Positions 1-9,548 of a stretch of DNA of 62,045 nt are shown piece by piece. The number at the start of each line of letters is the position of its first letter. Position 1 is the first letter of the stretch. The translations under genes and the position numbers were made by a program. Source of the DNA: Bacteroidales bacterium. Its GTDB lineage: Bacteria > Bacteroidota > Bacteroidia > Bacteroidales > VadinHA17. The stretch is taken from positions 1 to 62,045 of the forward strand of contig JAAZBN010000115.1 of the NCBI GenBank assembly GCA_012513795.1, written 5' to 3'. The notes under the pieces were generated by a model that worked only from the letters and a program-made list of their open reading frames with translations, made no database searches and was not told the DNA's origin.

Positions 1-275
1 CTGGTGCTTCTGACGGCTTCCTCAAGGAAGGGGATAGCCATTGGTTTCTCATCAAATATATTAAGGTAGCAATTGCCGATCTTGTATTTGATGTTGTGGT
101 TGCCGGGTATGAGGTCATTCAGCATGAGATAGAGAGGGTTTGCCAGCTCAAACTCACCGTAGAGGTAGTGTGATTCGGCCTCTTTCCAGATCTCCTTAAT
201 CTCACTCTTCTTTTGCCCGTTCAGCGGAACAAGCACAAGAAGCGCCAATAAAACAACTATTCCCCTTATTCCCAT
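1..275 (-). CDS. TPR + TolB-like (PD40) propeller family protein, N-terminal fragment (continues beyond the window edge)
   Basis: Not in the ORF track because it runs off the edge. Reverse translation from the ATG at 275-273 gives MGIRGIVVLLALLVLVPLNGQ (signal peptide). It continues EIWKEAESHYLYGEFELANPLYLMLNDLIPGNHNIKYKIGNCYLNIFDEKPMAIPFLEEAV, which is collinear with the N-terminal TPR block of the two downstream paralogues. Confidence 0.6.
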   Translation of the reverse strand, partial: MGIRGIVVLLALLVLVPLNGQKKSEIKEIWKEAESHYLYGEFELANPLYLMLNDLIPGNHNIKYKIGNCYLNIFDEKPMAIPFLEEAVRST

Positions 276-333
276 GTTCTTGTTTACCGTAAAAATAATT
301 CTTCTGCAGCAGAGTGGACAGCGTTGAGGCAAT

Positions 334-1608
334 TTATTTGAATTTAATGAAGTAAATATCAGCCCCGCCTGCTCCCCCGTCTCTTCCCGTAAACGACATA
401 TAGCCGGCTTTACCGTCTTCGGTGGGGCAGAAAAAGATGTTATCATCCGGGTTGTTCAGAGGATACCCGATGTTCTTCGGGGTACTCCAGAGGCCGTTAT
501 ACTGCATCTCACTGCTGAAGATGTCATAGCCCCCCATGTTATAATGGCCCTGTGAAGCAAAGAAGAGGGTTCTGCCATCCCTGATGAGGAAAGGACGGTC
601 TTCATTGAAAGGAGTGTTTATCTCAGGCCCCATGTTGACCGGAGGCCCCCATTCACCGTCACCCTGCAGTTTTGACACATACAGGTCCAGTCCTCCGAAC
701 CCTCCGGGTCTGTCACTTGAAAAGATTAGGGTTGATCCGTCTTCGGTTATGAATCCGTGAGCCTCCCAGTATCTGGTATTTATCTCCTTTTTCAGCTTTT
801 GTGCCGGCTCCCAGCGTGTGCCGTCAAATTTACTGGACCATATATCACTGTTGATATTATCGTCTCTTGAGAGTAGCAGCCTGGTTCCGCCGGCTGCAAG
901 GCAAGATACGTAATGGTCGCCGTCCGATTGCAGTTCGGGTGTTATGTTTGCTGGCGGGGTCCATTCATTGCGGGAGAAACGTGAAAACATAATGGCATCA
1001 TAGAACTTCATGGAGGTCATATATGCAATGCTTTTCCCATCGGCCGAGACAACCGGAAAGAAGTTGTCGTTACTGTCGTTCAGGATATCATCCACCTCTT
1101 CAGCAGTGAACTTAACCGGTTCAGCCATCAGGGCAGGTGCGTTATTGCATGCGGTGATCTGCTGGTCTATGAACATCAGGTTCTCAACATCGGTGGGCAG
1201 AAGGGTCTGGCGGTAGCGCGAGTAAGCCTCTTTTGCCTTCTCGAACATGTAGTTGATGCGGTAGGCGTCGCCCAGGAAGAAGAGAGCCTCGTATGGCGCT
1301 TCTGTCTGCCTGAGTGATCCTTCGCGGTATTTGCCTGTGATCTTTTGCGATGCCTTTTCAAGGTACTCGATTGCAAGATTCTTGCTGCCGTCAATATTGA
1401 GGTAGCATAGGCCGAGCCTGAAGGCTATGCTGGCATTGTCAGGCATTGCAGCAAATATCCCCTGGTAATAGGGGAGAGCATCTGAGTAATCGCCCCTCAT
1501 CAGAAAGTACTCGGCATCATAGAATGCCTCCTGCAGCCTGATGTTGTCCTGCGACCGGCATACCGTTCCCGCAGAGATGATTATCAGTAAAATGACTAAT
1601 CGCTTCAT
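334..1608 (-). CDS. TPR + PD40 (TolB-like beta-propeller) periplasmic protein, short paralogue
   Basis: Track ORF 334..1731 trimmed to the ATG at 1608, giving MKRLVILLIIISAGTVCRSQ (signal peptide). The 41 upstream codons are Cys/Gly-rich and overlap the neighbouring gene's 3' end. TPR block (YSDALPYYQGIF..LGLCYLN) followed by PD40-type repeats (SADGKSIAY, FSSDRPGGFGGLDLY, FASQGHYNMGGYDIF). Confidence 0.8.
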   Translation of the reverse strand: MKRLVILLIIISAGTVCRSQDNIRLQEAFYDAEYFLMRGDYSDALPYYQGIFAAMPDNASIAFRLGLCYLNIDGSKNLAIEYLEKASQKITGKYREGSLRQTEAPYEALFFLGDAYRINYMFEKAKEAYSRYRQTLLPTDVENLMFIDQQITACNNAPALMAEPVKFTAEEVDDILNDSNDNFFPVVSADGKSIAYMTSMKFYDAIMFSRFSRNEWTPPANITPELQSDGDHYVSCLAAGGTRLLLSRDDNINSDIWSSKFDGTRWEPAQKLKKEINTRYWEAHGFITEDGSTLIFSSDRPGGFGGLDLYVSKLQGDGEWGPPVNMGPEINTPFNEDRPFLIRDGRTLFFASQGHYNMGGYDIFSSEMQYNGLWSTPKNIGYPLNNPDDNIFFCPTEDGKAGYMSFTGRDGGAGGADIYFIKFK

Positions 1609-1618
1609 GGTTCTTTGC

Positions 1619-3778
1619 TTATTGTTCATCTTCAATATTTCTTCTCTTCTTTCTTCTCCATAACAGCAAGAAAAGCAGCAATAATCCTGCTGCCGGCAGC
1701 AGCCACCAGTACCGGCATTTTGTGCCTTCATTGCCGTCAGTTATGGTGGCACCTGCCGGGTCACTGTCAACCGGGTTGTCCTGGCCGGCTTTTGCCGGGG
1801 GTGCCGGATCAGGTTCCTTGTCAACGGGCAGCTCACCTGTGCCTGACCCCTCCTCTGACATTGATCCCTCAGCATTATCAGCCCCGGGCATTGCGGGTAT
1901 CTCATGATAGAGTGGTTTTTCGCGGCGGGGAGGAGGATCGGAGCGTCGTACCATAACCACTGCCCCTGTGTCATTGCCGAACCTGTCTGTCAGCTTCAAT
2001 GAGACCTTGTTTTCTCCTGCTTCAGGACTGAAGGTATAGGCGAAGGTGGTGTCAGTGATGCTGTATTGTTCAATGGCGACAGCTGAGTCGGGGGCGACAA
2101 CCTCGATGTCAAGCAATGATCTTTCCTCTGCAATGAGGTTAATGGTTACCGGGTCAGGTGATGCAACATTCAGCAGTGTATCTGACAGAAGCCTGAGGTA
2201 TGCTGAGAAGTCGGTCTCATCCAGTATGACCGGCTGGATGTTCACTGTGTCGCCGGAATGGTCAGGACGCAACTCAATATCCTGCGACAGGGGCGCCGCA
2301 CCATCAGAGTCATAGCTGATGCTGTAACCGCCATGAGGAAGCATGAATGAGTAGAGTCCGGTTACAGGATTGGTGAGGGCATGAATAATATTGTCATTAT
2401 CCGAATTGCTTGATGCGGTTATCTTTACCGGTTGAGGGAACGCAGAAAGGAGGTTATTGACGGATGCCTTCCCTGTCACGATGAATTTACGGGGATTGAG
2501 CTCAGAGTAGATGTCGCAGCTATAGAGATCCATCCGGCCGTATCCGTCATCTGAAAACCTGCCGAAGTATCCCCGGTTACCGTTGCCAACGGGTGTAAAG
2601 AAGAGATCATCATCGGGGGTATTAAGCGGGTAGCCCGCGTTAACAGGCGTGCTCCAGTTCCCATTCTCATCAAGGTCAGACCTGAAGATGTCATAGCCAC
2701 CGATATTGAAATGGCCGCGTGAACTGAAGAACAGAGTCTGGTCATTATTGGCAAGGAACGGAGTCTGTTCATTATATACGGTATTGATCTCCGGACCAAG
2801 GTTACGGGCCGGGCCCCAGTTCCCTGAACTGTCGCGGACTGACATGAAGATGTCAAGGCCACCCATGCTCTCTTTACGGTTGCTTGTGAAGAAGATTTTA
2901 GTGCCGTCACTGCTCATGGTGGCATGTGACTCCCAGTATTTGGTATTGATGTTTCCGTTGAGCTTCTCCACCCTGCTCCATGTCTCTCCTTCCAGGTGAC
3001 TCATGTATATGTTGCCGTCATAGGTGTCAACCCTGTACATCAGCAGCGTCCTGCCGTCGGGAGAGAGTGATGAGGTGTAGTAATCCTGGTCCACACCCAG
3101 CTGTGGCGTAAGATTGACCGGCTCGGTCCATCTGCCGTCCACCTTTCTTGACCAGAAGATGGCGTCATAGAACTGGAGCTCACGTGTGAAGAGCAGTGTC
3201 TTTTCGTCGGCTGAGATGACCGGGTTATATTCAGAAAAGCGGTCGTTGATTGTGCTGCCCATATTTTTGTCAACCACAAATACAGGTTTACGCATCATGA
3301 TCCTTGCGTTGTGGCAGGTCTGCATCTGGAACCTGACCAGGGCAGTGTCATATTTTTCGGTGTCGACATCCTTAAGGAAGAGCTCATATGTTTCCAGGGC
3401 CTTGTCAAACTCTTCCGCAATGCGATAGGCATTGGCAAGGAAATAGAGGGCATCATAGGGTGCTCCCTTCTCGCGCAGCTTGCCTGCCCTGTAACCGGGA
3501 TTGATATTATCAACTGCTGTCCGGAGCCAGGGTATGGCCTGATCCTTCTCGCCGGCAGTATTGAGGTAACACTGGCCTACACGATAGTAAAGGTTAAAGT
3601 TATCCGGAAAGATCTGCAGGAGACTAAGATATTTCGGCAGTGCTTCAGAATAATCTTCAAACAGAATGTCTCCCTCAGCGGAGACGAACATCTCGCGGAG
3701 ATCGCTTCTTGACTGACCTGCAAGAGATATGGCATGAACCATAAGGAACATACAGATGATGTATTTAGCCCTTCTCAT
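1619..3778 (-). CDS. TPR + PD40 propeller protein, long paralogue with beta-sandwich-like region, Pro/acidic linker and C-terminal membrane anchor
   Basis: 719-aa ORF with signal peptide MRRAKYIICMFLMVHAISLAGQ. The TPR block and PD40 repeats (FTSNRKESMGGLDIF, FSSRGHFNIGGYDIF) are collinear with 334..1608. An extra C-terminal region of about 280 aa ends in CRYWWLLPAAGLLLLFLLLWRRKKRR. Confidence 0.8.
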   Translation of the reverse strand: MRRAKYIICMFLMVHAISLAGQSRSDLREMFVSAEGDILFEDYSEALPKYLSLLQIFPDNFNLYYRVGQCYLNTAGEKDQAIPWLRTAVDNINPGYRAGKLREKGAPYDALYFLANAYRIAEEFDKALETYELFLKDVDTEKYDTALVRFQMQTCHNARIMMRKPVFVVDKNMGSTINDRFSEYNPVISADEKTLLFTRELQFYDAIFWSRKVDGRWTEPVNLTPQLGVDQDYYTSSLSPDGRTLLMYRVDTYDGNIYMSHLEGETWSRVEKLNGNINTKYWESHATMSSDGTKIFFTSNRKESMGGLDIFMSVRDSSGNWGPARNLGPEINTVYNEQTPFLANNDQTLFFSSRGHFNIGGYDIFRSDLDENGNWSTPVNAGYPLNTPDDDLFFTPVGNGNRGYFGRFSDDGYGRMDLYSCDIYSELNPRKFIVTGKASVNNLLSAFPQPVKITASSNSDNDNIIHALTNPVTGLYSFMLPHGGYSISYDSDGAAPLSQDIELRPDHSGDTVNIQPVILDETDFSAYLRLLSDTLLNVASPDPVTINLIAEERSLLDIEVVAPDSAVAIEQYSITDTTFAYTFSPEAGENKVSLKLTDRFGNDTGAVVMVRRSDPPPRREKPLYHEIPAMPGADNAEGSMSEEGSGTGELPVDKEPDPAPPAKAGQDNPVDSDPAGATITDGNEGTKCRYWWLLPAAGLLLLFLLLWRRKKRRNIEDEQ

Positions 3779-3869
3779 CAGGTTGTTTTATTAGTCATAA
3801 AGTCACTAATATAACTCAAATATTGCACAAAGATTATAGGAGGTAATGCCCTTTTTAACAAAAAAGGTA

Positions 3870-4730
3870 TCACTTTTTGGCCCCGGGACCGTGGCGCAGC
3901 CGGGTCATGGCCAGGCTGCGGAGGAGTGATACGGCTGCTCTCACAGGAATGTGCCAGGCTCTGGCAAGGTGCTTTTCCGCAAAGATTGTCATTGCTTCAT
4001 AGAAGTGTGTCAGTGATCTCTCCCTCTCCTGTTCCGAGCTCTTGCCCTTGAAGTGGGTTATATGAACATCATGCAGGTAATAGTTATTAAACCCGGCTTT
4101 TCGTATCCGCCAGCTGAGGTCAATGTCCTCTCCGTACATAAAGAATCTGGTATCAAACAGGCCGGCTCTGTCGAGTGCCTCTCTGCGAATGAGCATGAAG
4201 GCGCCGGTGAGGATGTCAGCGCGGCAGGTCTGATCTTCAGGCTTGTTGCCGAGATAGTAGGCATTGAAAAAGGCTGACCTCGGGAAAAGCCTGCCCAGGC
4301 CGGTGAACCGGAATAGTGAGGTCATGGGGGAGGGAAATCCTCTCTTTGATTCAGGCAGAAACCGTCCCTCTCCGTCAGTCATATGTGCTCCTGCAGCACC
4401 GGCATCAGGGTGGTTCTTCATGAAGGCCAGCGCACGCGGGATGGCCTCAGGGTCAACCAGAGTATCAGGATTGAGTATCAGTATAAAGTTGCCTGAGGAG
4501 GCCATGATGCCCCTGTTACAGGCTGCTGCATATCCCTCATTGGTGCCTGAGGTGATAAGGATAATTCCGGGAAACTCCCTTTTAACCATCTCTGCAGAGT
4601 GGTCAGCGGAGTTGTTGTCCACAACGATTATTTCCTGGTCAGTCTCACAGGCCGGGGTGATGAGTGACTGCAGTGCGTGCCTGAGGAGGTCACATACGTT
4701 GTAAGAGACGATGACAACCGACAGTTCCAT
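3870..4730 (-). CDS. Glycosyltransferase family 2
   Basis: GT-A motifs: VVIVSYNV, VVDNNSADHS, LILNPDT, GAFMLIRREAL, YGEDIDLSWR. Start moved to the ATG at 4730 (MELSVVIV), which removes the overlap with 4736..5950. Confidence 0.8.
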   Translation of the reverse strand: MELSVVIVSYNVCDLLRHALQSLITPACETDQEIIVVDNNSADHSAEMVKREFPGIILITSGTNEGYAAACNRGIMASSGNFILILNPDTLVDPEAIPRALAFMKNHPDAGAAGAHMTDGEGRFLPESKRGFPSPMTSLFRFTGLGRLFPRSAFFNAYYLGNKPEDQTCRADILTGAFMLIRREALDRAGLFDTRFFMYGEDIDLSWRIRKAGFNNYYLHDVHITHFKGKSSEQERERSLTHFYEAMTIFAEKHLARAWHIPVRAAVSLLRSLAMTRLRHGPGAKK

Positions 4731-4735
4731 CAGCT

Positions 4736-5950
4736 TCAGGAGCGGGCCATCTCCTCCCGTATTGCGTCCGCCAGCCTGGTAACTCCTTCGCATGTATCCT
4801 TCTCATCTGAGAAGGAGAAATTTATACGCATGGTATTGTGTCCCTCATTGTTGCAGTAGAAGACTGATCCGCAGACAAAAGCGACTTTCTTACGGATTGC
4901 CCGTTCCAGCAGTCTTGCCGCATCCATGGAAGAAGGAAGGGTGACGAAGAGGAAGAGGCCTCCGTCAGGTTCAGTCCATTTAACTCCTTCAGGCATCTTC
5001 TCACGGAAGCATTTTAACATGTAGTCGCGGCGCTGGCGATAGAGTTCAACAGTTTTTCTGAGGTTGATGTCAAGCAAACCCTTTTCAATATATTTCGCCG
5101 TGATCTTCTGGACAAAGGGCGGTGTGCAGAGATCGGCAGCCTGTTTTGAGGTAACCAGTTTATCAATTATTTCCCTGTGCCCGGTAACCCAGGCCAGGCG
5201 GAAGCCGGGGGCCAGGATCTTGGAGAATGTGTTGAGGGTCATTACCCTGCCCCTGGTATCAAGGGATGACATGAGCGGTTCAGGGGTGCCTGCAAAACGG
5301 ACATCGCGGTAAGGGCTGTCTTCAACTATAAGAAGATCATGCTTTTCCGCTATGCTGATTATCTCCATTCGCCTTGCGCGTGGCAGGGTTACACCGGTAG
5401 GATTCTGAAAATCGGGGATGATATAGATAAACTTGATGGTTTTTCCTTCCTGCTTCAGGCTTATGATGGTTTTCTCCAGCTGTTCTGGCATCATGCCATG
5501 ATCATCCAGAGGGATGCCCTTCAGCAGTGCACCGTAGTTGGAAAAAGCGTTGAGGCCGCCCAGGTAGGATGGCAGTCCGCACAATACCACATCGCCACGG
5601 TTGATGAATATCTTGCCGCAAAGATCAAGGGCCTGCTGTGACCCGGTGGTGATGATAATATTCTCGGGCGCCAGATCAAGGCCATCCTTCCTGTGTCGTT
5701 CGGCAAGCAGAGCGCGCAGTTTGGTGTCACCCTCGGTGGTGCCATACTGGAGGGCTGCTCGGCCATCCTCCTCAAGGACCTCGGAGGTTACTCTTTTGAT
5801 ATCTTCTATAGGGAAAGAGTCGGGTGAGGGAAGACCTCCCGCGAATGAGATCATCTCCGGTTGTTGCGTGAGCTTGAGGATTTCCCTTATTGCTGACTTC
5901 TTCATCAGATGCGATGCATCTGAAAAGAACCTTTCAAAACTGTCTGCCAT
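4736..5950 (-). CDS. PLP-dependent aminotransferase, class I/II (2-aminoadipate/aromatic aminotransferase-like)
   Basis: 404-aa ORF with KSAIREILKL..ISFAGGLP, NPTG, and TFSKILAPGFRLAW (PLP lysine context), typical of fold-type I aminotransferases. Confidence 0.8.
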   Translation of the reverse strand: MADSFERFFSDASHLMKKSAIREILKLTQQPEMISFAGGLPSPDSFPIEDIKRVTSEVLEEDGRAALQYGTTEGDTKLRALLAERHRKDGLDLAPENIIITTGSQQALDLCGKIFINRGDVVLCGLPSYLGGLNAFSNYGALLKGIPLDDHGMMPEQLEKTIISLKQEGKTIKFIYIIPDFQNPTGVTLPRARRMEIISIAEKHDLLIVEDSPYRDVRFAGTPEPLMSSLDTRGRVMTLNTFSKILAPGFRLAWVTGHREIIDKLVTSKQAADLCTPPFVQKITAKYIEKGLLDINLRKTVELYRQRRDYMLKCFREKMPEGVKWTEPDGGLFLFVTLPSSMDAARLLERAIRKKVAFVCGSVFYCNNEGHNTMRINFSFSDEKDTCEGVTRLADAIREEMARS

Positions 5951-5990
5951 GAGTCATCTATTTGTATCAAATTAAGCAAGATTTTACAAA

Positions 5991-6022
5991 TAAAAAAATG
6001 ACAGTGAGAATTATCAGTGTCA
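5991..6022 (-). terminator. Intrinsic terminator candidate downstream of recR
   Basis: On the minus strand, TGACACTGA - taattc - TCACTGTCA forms a 9-bp stem with one mismatch. It is followed by a run of 7 U (plus-strand A-run 5992-5998). Confidence 0.5.
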
Positions 6023-6075
6023 GGGCAAAGGCGGAGGAGGGTGCAGGCAGGGGTACGAAGGGTATAGTTGTCTTT

Positions 6076-6699
6076 TCAGCCCTGGGATGGAAGCGAGAAT
6101 AGACGCCGGTTGATGATTGACTGTCCCAGTGTGATCTCATCCGTGTATTCGAGGATGTCTCCGATAGCCACGCCCCTGGCGAGGGTGGTAATCCGGATAT
6201 CATGGCCCGCAAGTCGCTTGTAAATGTAGAAATTGGTTGTGTCACCCTCCATAGTTGTGCTGAGTGCCAGGATCACTTCCCTGATACCGCCACGGCGCAC
6301 CCTTTCCTCGAGGTTAGCGATGGTCAGGTCAGAGGGACCGACGCCGTCTACCGGGGAGATGATTCCGCCAAGCACATGATAGAGGCCCCTGTATTGTCTT
6401 GTGTTTTCAACAGCCATCACATCCTGTACGCTCTCCACCACGCAGATGGTTGATATGTCTCTTGATGAGTCACTGCATATTTCACAGACCGGGGTATCGC
6501 TTATGCCGTGACAGACGCTGCAGTAGCAGACATCCTCCCTCAGCCTCGTGATTGTCTCCCCGAATCGGCGCACCTCGGCACTGTCACGTCTGAGGAGATG
6601 CATCACCAGCCTGAAGGCTGTCTTGCGGCCTATGCCAGGCAGTGAGGAGAACTCATTCACCGCCTCCTCAAGCAGTTTTGACGGGAAGCGTATTGACAT
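6076..6699 (-). CDS. recR: Recombination protein RecR
   Basis: Track ORF trimmed to the ATG at 6699 ([31 protein letters not shown], the HhH motif). C4 zinc finger [16 protein letters not shown] and Toprim segment [14 protein letters not shown]. The trimmed product is 207 aa, in line with RecR. Confidence 0.92.
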   Translation of the reverse strand: MSIRFPSKLLEEAVNEFSSLPGIGRKTAFRLVMHLLRRDSAEVRRFGETITRLREDVCYCSVCHGISDTPVCEICSDSSRDISTICVVESVQDVMAVENTRQYRGLYHVLGGIISPVDGVGPSDLTIANLEERVRRGGIREVILALSTTMEGDTTNFYIYKRLAGHDIRITTLARGVAIGDILEYTDEITLGQSIINRRLFSLPSQG

Positions 6700-6807
6700 A
6701 ACAAAGGTTTTGCGGCAAAAATAATTTATTATTTGCCGCAATCCTGACTGAAGCATAACTTTTATCTGCGATCTTTTTGCTATCCTTGCACTCATGTTTT
6801 CCGAGCT

Positions 6808-8289
6808 ATGACACCTACACTCATTCTCTCCATTTTTATAGCCTACACATTGATGCTGTTTCTGATAACGTTCATTACAGCACGCAAGGCAAATCATCAG
6901 TCGTTTTACATAGGCAACAAGGTCTCGCCATGGTACGTGGTTGCCTACGGCATGATAGGGGCATCACTGTCCGGTGTCACTTTCATGTCAGTACCCGGGT
7001 GGGTGGGCGAGACACAGTTCTCATACATGATGGTGGCTTTCGGCTACTTCTTCGGGTATGCGGTCATTGCACTGGTGTTGCTCCCTCTCTACTACCGCCT
7101 GAAGCTGACCTCTATATACGGTTACCTTGAGCAGCGGTTCGGTTTCTGGTCGTACAAAACGGGTGCAGGATTCTTTATTATCTCCAGGGTTATTGGCGCT
7201 TCACTGAGAATGTTCCTGGTCATTAACGTCCTGCAGATCTTTGTCTTTGATGCCTGGAATGTTCCTTTTTGGGTTAATGTATTGATATTCATTGCTCTGA
7301 TAATTATTTATACTCTCAAGGGAGGCATAAGGACCATCATATGGACAGACACCCTTCAGACGACCTTCATGTTGCTGGCCGTGGTGCTCTCGGTGTATTA
7401 CATCAGCCGCGAGCTGGGTGAGCCGGTGAACAGGCTGCTCGGCAACCTGTTTGACAGTGAGATGTCACGGATGGTGATCACCGAGTGGGATCATCCGCGC
7501 CATTTCATCAAGCAGTTCTTCAGCGGCATGTTCATTACCATAACAATGACCGGCCTCGATCAGGAGATGATGCAGAAGAATCTGAGCATCAGGCACCTGA
7601 AAGATGCCCAGAAGAATATGTTCACCTTCAGCACCATCAATCTTATAGTGGTTTTCATGTTCCTGGTGCTGGGTGCATTCCTTGTCTATTATGCTGCTTC
7701 GCAGAATGTCACTGTAGCGATGACTGACGACCTGTTCCCGACTATCGCATTCAGGTACCTCGGACCCGCTGCGGGGGTGGTGTTCCTGATTGGTCTCATT
7801 TCTGCGGCATTTCCCAGCGCTGACGGTGCACTGACATCTCTGACCACCTCGTTCAGCATTGATTTTCTGGGACTGGAAAAGAACAAACAGATGGATGACA
7901 GGAAAAAGACCAGGATAAGATATTCGGTTCATTTTTCCTTCGCCTTTATCTTCTTCCTGTGCATTCTGATCTTCAGGCAGATGAATGACCGGGCGATCAT
8001 AGACAAGCTGTTCACCATTGCCGGCTACACCTACGGTCCCCTGCTGGGACTTTATACCTTCGGCCTCTTTACCAAAAGAACCGTTAAGGATACCTACACG
8101 CCGTGGATAGCCATCATTGCACCGGTAGTATGCTATTTCCTCAGTCTTTATTCAGAGGAGTTGTTCAATGGTTACAAGTTCGGTTTTGAGATGCTGCTGG
8201 TGAATGGTTTCCTTACTTTCATGGGATTACTTGCTTTCAGCAAAAGAGGAACGGGACCGGTTTTCGGCCAGGCGCCGGATAAAGCTTAA
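6808..8289 (+). CDS. Sodium:solute symporter (SSS) family transporter
   Basis: 493-aa polytopic membrane protein with about 13 hydrophobic segments. The N-terminal [32 protein letters not shown] is typical of the SSS family. Confidence 0.75.
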   Translation: MTPTLILSIFIAYTLMLFLITFITARKANHQSFYIGNKVSPWYVVAYGMIGASLSGVTFMSVPGWVGETQFSYMMVAFGYFFGYAVIALVLLPLYYRLKLTSIYGYLEQRFGFWSYKTGAGFFIISRVIGASLRMFLVINVLQIFVFDAWNVPFWVNVLIFIALIIIYTLKGGIRTIIWTDTLQTTFMLLAVVLSVYYISRELGEPVNRLLGNLFDSEMSRMVITEWDHPRHFIKQFFSGMFITITMTGLDQEMMQKNLSIRHLKDAQKNMFTFSTINLIVVFMFLVLGAFLVYYAASQNVTVAMTDDLFPTIAFRYLGPAAGVVFLIGLISAAFPSADGALTSLTTSFSIDFLGLEKNKQMDDRKKTRIRYSVHFSFAFIFFLCILIFRQMNDRAIIDKLFTIAGYTYGPLLGLYTFGLFTKRTVKDTYTPWIAIIAPVVCYFLSLYSEELFNGYKFGFEMLLVNGFLTFMGLLAFSKRGTGPVFGQAPDKA

Positions 8290-9059
8290 AGCCTGCCCGG
8301 GAAGCCCATTGTCCCGGAGCTGCTGCCGGTGCCTGCGGGCTGGCCGCCTTCCTCATCCTCATCCTCGTCTGACTCCTGGATTTTTGGTTTGATATAAACC
8401 TTTATCTTCCTGTACGGTATGGAGAGTGAGACATAATATTCAGCACCGGTTCTCATTCCTGAAGTACCTGCCCCGTAACCGGGCATCCAGACAGGTTTGA
8501 GGTCCTTGCCGGCGCCGGCACTGATGAGCAGGCGCATGTAAAGATTCCACCCGATGGTCACTCCCGGAAAAATCTCCGTGCGCACGCCGGGGGTAATTTC
8601 CAGGTAATGCCCTGTGTGGCGTCCCGGTGGCACAACAGCCTCCCCGGCACCCCATTCGTTCGTATATCTTATCATTGATGCTTCCTCACGGTAGAAGCTG
8701 AGACCATACCTCAGACCGATGCCTGCAGAATATTTGCCCTGGGATACATTGGCCTTGATGAAGTTATAATCGGCACCGGCAGTAAAGCTCAATCCCCTGC
8801 TGCTGAAGTCATAGATCACCTCGGAAGAGTTGAAGGAAGAGTACCTGAATCCGGCAGTCAGTGCAACGGACGAGTTGATGTCTGCCGAGCCAGTCACACC
8901 ATAGCTGATCAGGTCTTTGTCAATGAGTTTCATGACCGGCCCTGAAATATCAAAACCAGCTCTTATGTGCAGGGGGAATGTAACCGTATCCTGCGAGAGG
9001 GCGGCATTACCTCCTGATAAGAGGAGGCTAATAAAAAAGATGCAGGTTCTTCTGGCCAT
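8286..9059 (-). CDS. Predicted outer-membrane beta-barrel protein with acidic C-terminal tail (DUF6048-like, from memory)
   Basis: Signal peptide MARRTCIFFISLLLSGGNAALSQ, alternating amphipathic beta-strand pattern with aromatic strand ends, and the tail ESDEDEDEEGGQPAGTGSSSG. Paired with the upstream small lipoprotein gene. Confidence 0.5.
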   Translation of the reverse strand: MARRTCIFFISLLLSGGNAALSQDTVTFPLHIRAGFDISGPVMKLIDKDLISYGVTGSADINSSVALTAGFRYSSFNSSEVIYDFSSRGLSFTAGADYNFIKANVSQGKYSAGIGLRYGLSFYREEASMIRYTNEWGAGEAVVPPGRHTGHYLEITPGVRTEIFPGVTIGWNLYMRLLISAGAGKDLKPVWMPGYGAGTSGMRTGAEYYVSLSIPYRKIKVYIKPKIQESDEDEDEEGGQPAGTGSSSGTMGFPGRL

Positions 9060-9507
9060 CCAGGTCCACGGTGGGGTTTTCTATTATAAGTGTGTCAATA
9101 ATATTATGAGTTGTGTGCAGTCCCCTGATTTCGCTGAAAAGTGTATATCCGCATTCCGGTGATACCAGGTGAGGGCGGCGTTCATACCATATTACCGCAG
9201 TGTCAGTGACACCGTTCAGGGTGATAAGGAAGAGCGATTCGTCATTGCCCGGATCAAGAGGCAGGGCGAATCTGGAAACTCCCTTCTCATTGATGAATCT
9301 AAGGGTGTCAGCTGTTCTGTATGTATATACTCTCAGTGAATCGGCTTTTGCCATCTCTCCCGTTCCGCTCACCAGCAGTTCAGTGATCATCAGCGGATCG
9401 GTCTCTTCATAGCATGGTTGTACCGAACATGATGACAGACTGATGATCAGTACAATAACTGCTGCTGAAGGTGTTATCGGGAGTAACCTTGTCATAACGG
9501 AAGACAA
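9028..9507 (-). CDS. Small lipoprotein (DUF6452-like, from memory)
   Basis: Lipobox-like LIISLSSC after a hydrophobic N-terminus. About 150 aa. Overlaps the downstream barrel gene by 32 nt, which suggests co-translation. The start could instead be the ATG at 9495. Confidence 0.5.
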   Translation of the reverse strand: MSSVMTRLLPITPSAAVIVLIISLSSCSVQPCYEETDPLMITELLVSGTGEMAKADSLRVYTYRTADTLRFINEKGVSRFALPLDPGNDESLFLITLNGVTDTAVIWYERRPHLVSPECGYTLFSEIRGLHTTHNIIDTLIIENPTVDLDGQKNLHLFY

Positions 9508-9548
9508 AGGTATAAAAATAATCCCTCCTGCTTCGGATTAAGGTGCAA

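Noticed and set aside
1609-1731. N-terminal extensions offered by the ORF track. They affect 334..1731, 3870..4793, 6076..6897, 18604..20670, 22563..26039, 34357..35808, 54705..55979 and 60454..61668.
   Set aside because: In each case an internal ATG gives a canonical N-terminus (signal peptide, GT-A first strand, RecR HhH, PIN domain and so on). It also removes the overlap with the upstream gene or promoter box. The extensions have odd composition, for example Cys/Gly/Arg-rich.
8290-8400. A GA-rich/acidic coding repeat (GAGGAnGA-type) at the 3' end of the barrel gene, considered as a possible slippage-prone repeat.
   Set aside because: It is short and imperfect, and it simply encodes the ESDEDEDEE tail. 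There is no evidence of a tandem DNA unit.
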